From a virus (Duplodnaviria; Heunggongvirae; Uroviricota; Caudoviricetes): 7,675 nt of DNA. The stretch lies in the IMG/VR virus record IMGVR_UViG_2547132269_000011, positions 1 to 7,675 of that record, one strand, 5' to 3'. Below are positions 1 to 6,541 of this stretch, one piece after another; the stretch's first letter is position 1; each line of letters starts with the position of its first letter. The translations under genes and the position numbers were made by a program. The notes beneath the pieces are model-generated. The model was not told the DNA's origin. It did not search any database and was given only the letters and a program-made list of their open reading frames with translations.

Positions 1-1212
1 GTGGCAAGAACGACACGCCCCCTGACCAACACAGAAGTTCTGCGCGCTAAAGCGTTAGAAAAGGATCTAACGTTACATGATGGCGATGGCCTTTTTCTGC
101 TCGTTAAAACGAACGGTAAGAAGTTGTGGCGTTTCCGTTATCAACGTCCAGCAACAAAACAGCGGACAATGATGGGGCTTGGTGCTTTCCCCGCCCTTTC
201 ACTTGCTGATGCTCGACGGTTAAGAGCGGATTACCTTGCTTTGTTGGCTAATGGTATAGACCCACAAGTTCAAGCTGAATTTATCGAAGAACAACAACAG
301 ATAGCTCTAGACAGTATTTTTTCGACTGTTGCGACCAACTGGTTCCAGATAAAAAGCAAAAGCGTTACCCCTGATTACGCTAAAGATATATGGCGCTCAC
401 TGGAAAAAGACGTATTCCCTGCCATCGGGGAGATTCCTGTCCAGCAAATAAAAGCCCGAACACTAGTTGAAGCCCTTGAGCCAATCAAAGCTCGTGGAGC
501 ACTCGAGACAGTGCGCCGACTTGTACAGCGCATTAACGAGATAATGATTTATGCCGTAAACACTGGTCTGATTGATGCCAATCCAGCATCAGGTGTTGGG
601 ATGGCCTTTGAAAAGCCCAGAAAACAAAACATGCCGACGCTGAGGCCAGAAGAATTACCAAAGCTGATGCGTTCTTTGTTCATGTCAAATCTGTCTGTTC
701 CGACTCGCTGTCTCATTGAATGGCAGCTTCTGACTCTAGTGCGTCCTGCTGAAGCTTCCGGTGCTCGATGGGCAGAGATCGATCTCGATGCAAAGCTCTG
801 GATGATTCCAGCCGAACGGATGAAGGCCAAACGAGAGCACATAGTTCCTTTATCCACGCAGGCATTAGAAATTCTAGAAGTGATGCAACCTATTAGCGCA
901 CATCGTGAGCATGTTTTCCCAAGCAGAAATGACCCTAAACAACCAATGAATAGCCAGACTGCGAATGCCGCGCTTAAGCGCATTGGTTATGGTGGGAAGC
1001 TTGTTGCTCATGGATTACGTTCTATAGCAAGTACAGCACTAAATGAAGCTGGTTTTAATCCGGACGTAATTGAAGCGGCACTTGCTCACAGTGATAAAAA
1101 TGAAGTTCGAAGAGCATACAATCGTTCAACTTACCTTGAACAACGTATAGACTTGATGAATTGGTGGGGTGAATTTGTGCACAACCGCCACCGCCTCATG
1201 CAAGCGATTTAA
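1..1212 (+). CDS. int: P4-family tyrosine integrase (site-specific recombinase); the 5' end may be clipped by the window edge
   Basis: 403-codon ORF from a GTG at position 1 to TAA at 1210-1212. N-terminal arm-binding-type region (LTNTEVLRAKALEKD...DGDGLFLLV...ANGIDP) and C-terminal catalytic motifs typical of tyrosine recombinases (AHGLRS H-x-x-R box; RAYNRSTY with the candidate catalytic Tyr). Sits at the element edge, as P4-like integrases do next to a tRNA attachment site. Confidence 0.9.
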   Translation: MARTTRPLTNTEVLRAKALEKDLTLHDGDGLFLLVKTNGKKLWRFRYQRPATKQRTMMGLGAFPALSLADARRLRADYLALLANGIDPQVQAEFIEEQQQIALDSIFSTVATNWFQIKSKSVTPDYAKDIWRSLEKDVFPAIGEIPVQQIKARTLVEALEPIKARGALETVRRLVQRINEIMIYAVNTGLIDANPASGVGMAFEKPRKQNMPTLRPEELPKLMRSLFMSNLSVPTRCLIEWQLLTLVRPAEASGARWAEIDLDAKLWMIPAERMKAKREHIVPLSTQALEILEVMQPISAHREHVFPSRNDPKQPMNSQTANAALKRIGYGGKLVAHGLRSIASTALNEAGFNPDVIEAALAHSDKNEVRRAYNRSTYLEQRIDLMNWWGEFVHNRHRLMQAI

Positions 1213-1239
1213 TAAGATTGCACAGCAAAGGAGTCTTAA

Positions 1240-2578
1240 ATGCCAAATAACTACCATCAATACATCGAAGACGTTAGTGATGATATAAAGACATGTCTTG
1301 AAGGAATGGGATGCCAACCCATACTTTTTGTTGGATCGGGATTAACCAAGAGATATCTTTCTGGCCCAAACTGGGAAGAACTTCTTCAGCAACTTGCTAA
1401 TGAATGTCCTAACATCGATAAAAGATTTGCCTATTATAAACAGAAATACCCCGAGTTGATTGATATCGGCAGTGTATTTTCTGATTCTTATAACGAGTGG
1501 GCATGGGGTGATGGAGAGAAAGAATTTCCAGCAGAGTTATTTGATGCAGGCAATGAGCCAAGTATTTATTTTAAATACAAAGCATCTAGTATTTTCAACT
1601 CATTGTTACAAGAAAAAGAAATCGTAAACAACGGTGAAATTGAACTTCTGAGAAAGATTCACCCTCATTCAATCATCACAACAAATTACGACAAATTACG
1701 ACAAATTACTTGAATCGATATATCCTGAGTTTACCCCCATTATAGGCCAAAAAATCCTTTACGCTAATCACGGTAGCATTGGTGAAATACTTAAAATACA
1801 TGGTTGCTGCTCCACTCCTGAAAGCATAATAATAAACCGCGATGACTACGATGACTTCATAAAGAAGAAGAAATATTTAAGCGCAAAACTGCTTACTTTC
1901 TTTGCTGAACACCCTCTTCTATTTATAGGTTACAGCGCAGAAGACTCGAACATAAAAAACATACTATCTGATATTGATGAACTACTTTCAGAAAATGGAG
2001 ATGTCATTCCAAATATATACATTTTAGAATGGACGAGCAAACAAAATGAAAGTGAATACCCACGCCGTGAACGGCTGATTCAAGTATCTGCAAATAAAAG
2101 CATTAGAATAAAAAGTATAGTAGCAAATGACTTCTCTTGGGTATTTTCAGCGTTTGGCGCGAACAGAGCACTTGATAACATAAATCCAAAATTATTGAGG
2201 GCACTTTTAGCTCGCACTTACGATCTCGTCAGAACTGATATACCTCGCAATCCTGTCCAAGTTGATTACCGAGTTTTATCAAGCATTAGCGAGTCAGAAG
2301 GTGAATTAGCGAAATTATATGGTATCGCCACATCGTCAGATGGTATGGCATTTAATGCCAGTTATCCTTTTACTTTAACCACGCTAGGGCAATCACTTGG
2401 TTTCAAAGGCTGGCATGATGCGAACAAACTATTAGAAGTAGTTAAAAACATCACGAACGTAGACATCAAGACATTCGATAACAAATACCACTATGCAATA
2501 ATGAACGGTGATGAGATTCAGTCCCATAGATATTCAAACTATCTTCGAGAACTCCTCGAAAAGGTTAGGGATGGATAG
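1240..2578 (+). pseudogene. SIR2-like (SIR2_2 / ThsA-DSR-type NAD+-dependent) candidate antiphage gene, interrupted by a +10 bp frameshift; repaired product about 442 aa
   Basis: ATG at 1240 with AAGGAG 6 nt upstream. Frame 1 gives 157 aa with a Gly-rich loop (PILFVGSGLTKRY) and ends ...IITTNYDKLRQIT* at 1711-1713. Frame 2 is open without stops from 1712 to 2578 and continues the domain (ESIYPEF...KIHGCC...LLFIGYSAEDSN...). Deleting one 10-bp unit joins them as ...ITTNYDKLLESIYPEF.... The Asn motif and the His motif fall on opposite sides of the shift. Visibly AT-richer than the flanking P4 core genes. Confidence 0.75.
1681..1710 (+). repeat. Three tandem copies of the 10-bp unit ACAAATTAC(G/T); two copies are coding-native, the third is the frameshifting insertion
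   Basis: Sequence acaaattacg acaaattacg acaaattact at 1681-1710. 10 is not a multiple of 3, so the extra unit shifts frame 1 into frame 2 and creates the TGA at 1711-1713. Confidence 0.9.
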
Positions 2579-2637
2579 GAGTTTGAGTTAGGAATAAAGG
2601 CTCCATAATTATTCATATAGCCTTACTACTTTTTATG

Positions 2638-2659
2638 GCCGCTTTAATAGCGGCTTTTT
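2638..2659 (+). terminator. Candidate intrinsic terminator downstream of the SIR2-like gene
   Basis: Stem GCCGCT (2638-2643) / AGCGGC (2649-2654), loop TTAAT, followed by TTTTT (2655-2659); 60 bp after the cargo stop codon. Confidence 0.5.
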
Positions 2660-2795
2660 CACAGCATTATTCATGCTTCTAGCACGATATGATGAACCGC
2701 AATAATCATAGCTAACAGGATTAATTTAAAGCATTACTCCTCGACTGAAGCGTGCTGTCATGCGAAAAAAATTTAAACTACCACGTTAGCGCGCA

Positions 2796-2814
2796 GTGCT
2801 TTCCCCGCCTCGCC
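2796..2814. other. cos: P2/P4-type cos cohesive-end sequence (reverse complement of GGCGAGGCGGGGAAAGCAC)
   Basis: The plus strand reads GTGCTTTCCCCGCCTCGCC at 2796-2814, an exact reverse complement of the 19-nt P2/P4 cohesive end as I recall it. Its position just beyond the 3' end of psu matches P4 organisation. Confidence 0.75.
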
Positions 2815-2860
2815 CGCACGCTTTGCGGGGCGGTTTTAATGCAGTTGCACTGACACGCTC

Positions 2861-2886
2861 AGACCGCGCCGGGAATGGCGCGGTCT
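2861..2886. repeat. Perfect 10-bp inverted repeat with a 6-nt loop near cos; possible packaging or protein-binding element
   Basis: AGACCGCGCC (2861-2870), loop GGGAAT, GGCGCGGTCT (2877-2886). No U-tract follows on either strand, so it is not a classical terminator. Confidence 0.4.
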
Positions 2887-2916
2887 GCAGAAAATGAGGC
2901 AGGGAAACGCATGCAA

Positions 2917-2948
2917 AGCCATGCACCTTATCGATGCATGGCTTTTTT
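2917..2948 (+). terminator. Candidate intrinsic terminator between the cargo/cos region and the convergent psu gene; may act in both directions
   Basis: Stem AGCCATGCA (2917-2925) / TGCATGGCT (2935-2943), 9-nt loop, then a T-run to 2948. On the minus strand it is preceded by an A-run and followed by a partly U-rich stretch, 30 bp past the psu stop. Confidence 0.45.
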
Positions 2949-2978
2949 CAGTAAAAACAGGCGGATTTTCGGGAAATT

Positions 2979-3551
2979 TTACACAGACTGACGTGATGCC
3001 AGTTGCGCACTTTTACGCGAAAAAATCATGTTCTGCGCAGGGGTGAATTTTTCACGGCTGTCGTCCACCGAAGCCGCGTCAGGCCTGAATCTGATGGTCG
3101 TTAAAATGTCGCTATCCTGTGCGGAATAATTAATTTTTTCACCCTTCGCAAGCCAGGACAGAAGGGCTTCACGCAGGGCATCTGTGGCACGCTGTATGGC
3201 ACAGTTTCGGGCAATGGCCGTCAGCTCACTGTAGCCCATCAGCTCCGGTGCCAGTGCCGCCGCCAGTGCTGTGCCGTGCTGCTGCATAAAATCATTCAGC
3301 CGGTCGCGGATGCTGATGTGCTGAACGGCTTCATGCGAACGAATATAACGACCGGCGGCCTGATTCACCTGCCATTTTCTGACTTCGATAATATTGCGTA
3401 ATTCGTCCAGGCGACTGACGTTTCTGCCTTCTCCTGACAGAAGCCGCAGATATTCCTGTTCGGCCGCAGCCAGCTCATTTTTGCGTTGCAGCCATGCTGC
3501 TTTGTTATTCTGACAGGTGTCAAAGGCCTGCTGTAAGGCTGTGCTTTCCAT
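2979..3551 (-). CDS. psu: Psu, polarity suppression protein (Rho antagonist / capsid decoration), 190 aa
   Basis: 190-aa ORF beginning MESTALQQAFDTCQNNKAAW..., which I recognise as near-identical to phage P4 Psu. Last gene of the sid-delta-psu block and ends next to cos. Confidence 0.92.
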   Translation of the reverse strand: MESTALQQAFDTCQNNKAAWLQRKNELAAAEQEYLRLLSGEGRNVSRLDELRNIIEVRKWQVNQAAGRYIRSHEAVQHISIRDRLNDFMQQHGTALAAALAPELMGYSELTAIARNCAIQRATDALREALLSWLAKGEKINYSAQDSDILTTIRFRPDAASVDDSREKFTPAQNMIFSRKSAQLASRQSV

Positions 3552-3624
3552 CGTTATCTCTTTCTCATCATGCTGAAGAATAAAAATACGGTGTGTGGCG
3601 ACGGCCGGTGTTAACCGGCAGCCC

Positions 3625-4125
3625 TCATTCCAGACGCAGCGAATATGATTGTGTTTTTAACCGTACTGGCGGCAGTTCCTGTTTTTCATGCAGGCGTTCT
3701 GCCAGTTCGTCCGGCGTGACCGGGCGGACAATGAAGCGGGTGATGGTCTGAAGCGTTTTAAACACCAGACCACAGCCCGGATCCGTGCACACATAAAAAC
3801 GCTCGGTGACTTCCTGAGACAGACGCCGCGATGTTCTTGACAGCGCAAGGCCTTTACATCTCCGACAACAATATCCGGTAACAAGCATTCTTTTCGGGCG
3901 CTTCATGCTGCCGGAGGCTGACGTCAGTGAATCGCGGTATCTCTGTTTGCCTGAAATGTATTCCATTCCTGAATCTTTACAGTCAGAGAAAAAGCTTTCA
4001 CTCGCTTCAAATGTCGCAGAGCAATAAATATTCCGGCACTGTGCAATCATTATCTTGGTGCCATCGTCCATGAAATGTGCGCGACGGGTGTGAGCAACAT
4101 GTCCACACGACGGGCAGTAAATCAT
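3625..4125 (-). CDS. delta: Delta, late-gene transcriptional activator with two Ogr-like zinc-finger domains, 166 aa
   Basis: The ORF track gives 185 aa from 4182, but the internal Met (MIYCPSCGHVAHTRRAHF...) gives 166 aa, the length I recall for P4 Delta, and its ATG (4125-4123) overlaps the sid stop (4124-4122) as ATGA. Two Cys-rich Ogr-type motifs (CPSCGH...C..C and CCRRCKG...CTDPGCG). Confidence 0.88.
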   Translation of the reverse strand: MIYCPSCGHVAHTRRAHFMDDGTKIMIAQCRNIYCSATFEASESFFSDCKDSGMEYISGKQRYRDSLTSASGSMKRPKRMLVTGYCCRRCKGLALSRTSRRLSQEVTERFYVCTDPGCGLVFKTLQTITRFIVRPVTPDELAERLHEKQELPPVRLKTQSYSLRLE

Positions 4126-4856
4126 GACAGCAGTCCTCTGGCCTTCAGCTCTGCTCCCTGCTGGTCTATTTTGTCCTGCCACACCTTGCGCTGTGCCGGT
4201 GTGCCTGCCACCTCATAATCCATGTGCGGGAGTGTTGCCGCTGACAGTCCGGTCAGCCGGAGAACCGGCTCGCCGGTGAGGCTGATTTGCATCTGTTTAA
4301 TTTTCTGTTCCAGCGATGATTTCACCTGCTGCATGACAGCCTTTTCCGGTGCGACGTAGCCCTGATGGCCGGTGGTGTTGGCGAGCGGATTTTCCTGTAC
4401 CAGAATGCTCAGATGCATTGCCCGGACAAGCGCCTCACAGGTTTCATTCAGGGCGTGTTCCAGCTCATGCTCTGCATACAGACTCAGAAGGTGATGATGT
4501 GCCTTCCGGTAGGCGGTGGCCGTGCTGTCACACGCCCCTTTCAGGCGTTCACGTTCGAAATTCAGCACCACGGCCAGATTGTCATATTCCTGTACCAGCT
4601 CCCGGCGTGCCACGCGCTCAATGTGGCGCTGTTTCAGCTCGTCGCTCAGGACACCACCGGCTGCACGAAAGGCCGTGCGCCAGTCGTCAGCGTCGTTTCC
4701 GTCGGCCTGCGTCAGCGCATTTTTTTCCTGCTCTGCCCGTTCAATGGCCGTGACGGTCTCATCCATCAGGCGGGCGTTCTCAAGATGAGCGGCTCTGGCC
4801 TTTTCCAGTTGTGCCAGTGCGGGTTGCAGATATTCAGGGATGGTGTTGTCAGACAT
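4122..4856 (-). CDS. sid: Sid, external scaffold / capsid size determination protein, 244 aa
   Basis: The track ORF is 266 aa from 4922. The internal start MSDNTIPEYLQPALAQLEKA... at 4856 gives 244 aa, the length I recall for P4 Sid, and has a GGAG Shine-Dalgarno (reverse complement of 4863-4866) upstream. Coupled to delta by the ATGA overlap. Confidence 0.9.
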   Translation of the reverse strand: MSDNTIPEYLQPALAQLEKARAAHLENARLMDETVTAIERAEQEKNALTQADGNDADDWRTAFRAAGGVLSDELKQRHIERVARRELVQEYDNLAVVLNFERERLKGACDSTATAYRKAHHHLLSLYAEHELEHALNETCEALVRAMHLSILVQENPLANTTGHQGYVAPEKAVMQQVKSSLEQKIKQMQISLTGEPVLRLTGLSAATLPHMDYEVAGTPAQRKVWQDKIDQQGAELKARGLLS

Positions 4857-4928
4857 TTTCCGGCTCCTCGTCACTTCAGGTTGAGAAAATTGTGACGTAC
4901 ACCGGACAGCAACACGACGCATTGCAGA

Positions 4929-4946
4929 TGTGCCAGCCCTGACACA
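4929..4946 (-). promoter_or_regulatory. Candidate Delta/Ogr-binding dyad (TGT-N12-ACA) for the sid late promoter
   Basis: TGT (4929-4931), 12 nt, ACA (4944-4946), centred about 81 bp upstream of the sid ATG. P2/P4 late promoters carry this dyad near -55. Pattern match only. Confidence 0.35.
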
Positions 4947-5025
4947 GGAGACTCATCCTCAGACCGGCAAGCCAGGAAAAGGTCGCAGGAAAAACCGGCT
5001 TACTGTTTGTTTTTTTATATTTTAC

Positions 5026-5129
5026 TGTTCACCTCTGTTCACCATAAGAAAAAAGATAAGTAATACAGTAAGTTAAAGGGTGAACAATCGCAGTGATGAC
5101 TGTTCACCGTCTGTTCACCACTGTTCACC
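5026..5129. repeat. crr: Cluster of six TGTTCACC octamer iterons (P4 crr/ori-type alpha-binding repeats)
   Basis: TGTTCACC at 5026-5033, 5036-5043, 5101-5108, 5112-5119 and 5122-5129 on the plus strand, and one inverted copy (GGTGAACA) at 5079-5086, mostly at about 10-bp spacing, flanked by AT-rich DNA. It lies between sid and the early operon, where P4 has its cis replication region. Confidence 0.7.
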
Positions 5130-5287
5130 CGTTGATGGGCTTTTTATGCTGTTTATTACTGTTTATTTTTATTAATTAACTGAAATAAATAAGAAAAAAC
5201 AATTTGCATTTCACTATAAAAAACTCCAGGTCCTTCAGAACCCTTTGAGACCCTTCCAGTCTGGATGGATAAAAAACACACAGCCAT

Positions 5288-5305
5288 TGTAAGGTTGCCG
5301 GAACA
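5288..5305 (+). promoter_or_regulatory. Candidate Delta/Ogr-binding dyad (TGT-N12-ACA) for a PLL-like late promoter upstream of vis
   Basis: TGT (5288-5290), 12 nt, ACA (5303-5305), about 110 bp upstream of the vis ATG. Pattern match only. Confidence 0.3.
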
Positions 5306-5407
5306 AATTCCCCCTGTTGCGTCTGCTGAAAATATTCACAAAATAAAGCGCTACCCGAAGCCGGACGGACTTATCCGGTGCTGTATGGACATTAACGAGG
5401 TAGCCCG

Positions 5408-5674
5408 ATGCAAGCTGTTTTTTCTTCCCCGTCTCCCGCCCCTGTTACGCCACTGATGCCGCTGCCGGACATCACGCAGGAGCGTTTTTTACGTCTGCCG
5501 GAAGTGATGCACCTGTGCGGCCTGTCACGCTCGACCATCTATGAACTCATCCGTAAGGGGGAATTTCCGCCGCAGGTGAGTCTTGGCGGTAAAAATGTGG
5601 CCTGGCTGCACTCTGAAGTCACCGCATGGATGGCCGGACGCATTGCCGGACGCAAACGGGGGTACGACGCATGA
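5408..5674 (+). CDS. vis: Vis / AlpA-family helix-turn-helix regulator, 88 aa
   Basis: 88-aa ORF with GAGG 7 nt upstream of the ATG. Contains the AlpA-type motif [48 protein letters not shown]. Length and position (between the late and early promoters) match P4 vis as I recall it. Confidence 0.75.
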   Translation: MQAVFSSPSPAPVTPLMPLPDITQERFLRLPEVMHLCGLSRSTIYELIRKGEFPPQVSLGGKNVAWLHSEVTAWMAGRIAGRKRGYDA

Positions 5675-5709
5675 TGATGCCCGCTCTGCAAAAAGTCCCT
5701 TTTTCTGGC

Positions 5710-5739
5710 TTGCCTTTTTCCGGCATTTGCGGATATAGT
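5710..5739 (+). promoter_or_regulatory. Candidate sigma70 promoter (PLE-like) driving the immunity/early operon
   Basis: TTGCCT (5710-5715), 18-nt spacer, TATAGT (5734-5739), just downstream of vis and about 30 nt upstream of seqA. A 5' stem-loop GCTGCCG/CGGCAGC follows at 5746-5765. Confidence 0.45.
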
Positions 5740-5769
5740 TTTTCCGCTGCCGCAAAATCGGCAGCCGGG

Positions 5770-5794
5770 CGTAGGAACCCGTGTAACTCGAAGG
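5770..5794 (+). promoter_or_regulatory. seqA-like target site for the immunity RNA
   Basis: CGTAGGAAC (5770-5778) and CTCGAAGG (5787-5794) recur in the same order at 6013-6021 and 6046-6053. Both blocks are complementary to blocks in 5967-5987. Confidence 0.55.
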
Positions 5795-5929
5795 CGACAT
5801 ATGACGCGCCATGCGTCTTTTTTTGTGTCGCAATCAACGCCACAGAGCGCCAGATTATGGTGTGGCGTGTGGTTTGCCGTGCAGGTATGATCCTGTTCGC
5901 AATCGCATGTTATGCCACTGAGTCAATGG

Positions 5930-6010
5930 TAGCTCAGGCGGGGCAGCCTCCGGGCTGGCCGGTATTCTTCGAGGCCGGTATTCCTACCCCCGTCTGGGCT
6001 ATCGCCATCG
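5930..6010 (+). ncRNA. cI: P4-type CI immunity RNA region containing seqB; exact ends not determinable from sequence
   Basis: CTTCGAG (5967-5973) and TTCCTAC (5981-5987) are antisense to the CTCGAAG and GTAGGAA blocks of seqA and seqC. Local hairpin CAGCC/GGCTG at 5944-5957. The position between the two target sites matches the P4 immunity architecture. Confidence 0.45.
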
Positions 6011-6012
6011 AG

Positions 6013-6055
6013 CGTAGGAACTCCGGCGATAGCAGTTATTTGCTACTCGAAGGAG
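6013..6055 (+). promoter_or_regulatory. seqC-like target site for the immunity RNA, overlapping the kil ribosome-binding site
   Basis: CGTAGGAAC (6013-6021) ... CTCGAAGGAG (6046-6055). The GAAGGAG Shine-Dalgarno for the ATG at 6064 lies inside the target, so RNA pairing would occlude translation initiation. Confidence 0.55.
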
Positions 6056-6063
6056 ACTGCCTT

Positions 6064-6261
6064 ATGGCTACAACCCTTACCCCTTCACACCCTGAATTTG
6101 TCTTTGTGTTTGCGGCTGTCCGTCGCGCAGACCGTCATCCCCGTATCTGCATGCTTCGCACCGTCGCCGGTGATGAACGCAGCGCCCGCCGTTCCCTTGT
6201 CCGTGACTATGTGCTCTCCCTTGCTGCCCGTCTGCCGGTGGTGGAGGTGTCCCGTGCGTAA
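6064..6261 (+). CDS. kil: Kil-like small protein, 65 aa, first translated gene of the early operon
   Basis: ATG at 6064 with GAAGGAG 8 nt upstream, 65 codons, stop at 6259-6261. Length and placement immediately after seqC match my recollection of P4 kil. The protein sequence itself was not recognised independently. Confidence 0.55.
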   Translation: MATTLTPSHPEFVFVFAAVRRADRHPRICMLRTVAGDERSARRSLVRDYVLSLAARLPVVEVSRA

Positions 6262-6541
6262 TAAAAAAGCCCCTCAGACCGTCTCAGCACGTCATGACGC
6301 CCGTGAACACCTCAGCATTGAGGCTTACCATAAGCTCAACCGCGCCAGCGCCGTATCCCAGTTTGTTGGGGGTGATTTGATTCACCGTGAACTCTCCGGC
6401 CTGCATCAGCTCTACATTCCGCATATTTTCAGCTACCTGAATGAAGATATTGATTTTGTGCTGAATGAGCTGAAAGCCAAAGGCCTGTGCCGCGATTTTC
6501 TCGCCCAGCAGAAAGACCGGGGAGACAAGACGCATGTTTGA
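6254..6541 (+). CDS. Hypothetical P4-like early protein, 95 aa, GTG start
   Basis: GTG at 6254 preceded by GGAGGTG. The track ORF 6098-6541 begins further upstream but that extension overlaps kil in another frame. Stop overlaps the start of the next ORF. Confidence 0.5.
   Translation: MRNKKAPQTVSARHDAREHLSIEAYHKLNRASAVSQFVGGDLIHRELSGLHQLYIPHIFSYLNEDIDFVLNELKAKGLCRDFLAQQKDRGDKTHV

Noticed and set aside
549-983. 144-aa minus-strand ORF inside the integrase gene
   Set aside because: Entirely antisense to a well-supported integrase ORF; no Shine-Dalgarno and no recognisable motif.
1126-1317. 63-aa minus-strand ORF spanning the int-cargo junction
   Set aside because: Antisense to the int 3' end and the cargo 5' end; short and implausible in sequence.
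2195-2578. 127-aa ORF called as an independent gene with a TTG start
   Set aside because: It is the tail of the frame-2 continuation of the SIR2-like gene, which is open from 1712; the TTG is simply the first start-like codon in that frame.
2579-2978. Search for a second cargo gene partnering the SIR2-like gene
   Set aside because: No ORF with a credible start or ribosome-binding site in this 400-bp interval; it is occupied by hairpins and cos.
3657-3884. 75-aa minus-strand ORF overlapping delta in another frame
   Set aside because: Nested out of frame within delta; no independent support.
4349-4895. Three plus-strand ORFs (134, 176 and 90 aa) across sid
   Set aside because: Antisense to sid in a GC-rich region where long spurious frames are expected; Arg/Cys/Ser-rich, low-complexity translations.
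4881-4898. A second TGT-N12-ACA dyad only 25-40 bp upstream of the sid ATG
   Set aside because: Too close to the start codon to sit at -55; a transcription start placed by it would fall inside sid. Possibly chance or a secondary site.
5026-5129. TGTTCACC repeat cluster as a possible CRISPR array
   Set aside because: The unit is 8 bp with about 2-3 bp between copies and one inverted copy; there is no repeat-spacer structure. It matches alpha-binding iterons.
5265-5456. 63-aa plus-strand ORF upstream of and overlapping vis
   Set aside because: No Shine-Dalgarno, overlaps the vis start, and lies in the promoter region where a Delta-type dyad is found.
5525-5843. Two minus-strand ORFs (102 and 74 aa) opposite vis and PLE
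   Set aside because: Antisense to vis and the early promoter; no supporting signals.
5801-5887. 28-codon ORF starting right after seqA
   Set aside because: Very short, and in the P4 paradigm this stretch is untranslated leader before the CI RNA. The adjacent GAAGG could equally be part of the RNA target.
6098-6253. Upstream extension of the 95-aa ORF to an ATG at 6098 (147 aa)
   Set aside because: The extension overlaps kil in another frame and reads as low-complexity; the GTG at 6254 has a strong GGAGG site.
5626-6261. 211-aa plus-strand ORF (or 197 aa from the ATGATGATG at 5671) spanning the immunity region
   Set aside because: It contains the PLE-like promoter, seqA, the CI RNA and seqC; the translation is Cys/Trp/Arg-rich and non-protein-like. 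Only its last 65 codons (kil) are supported.
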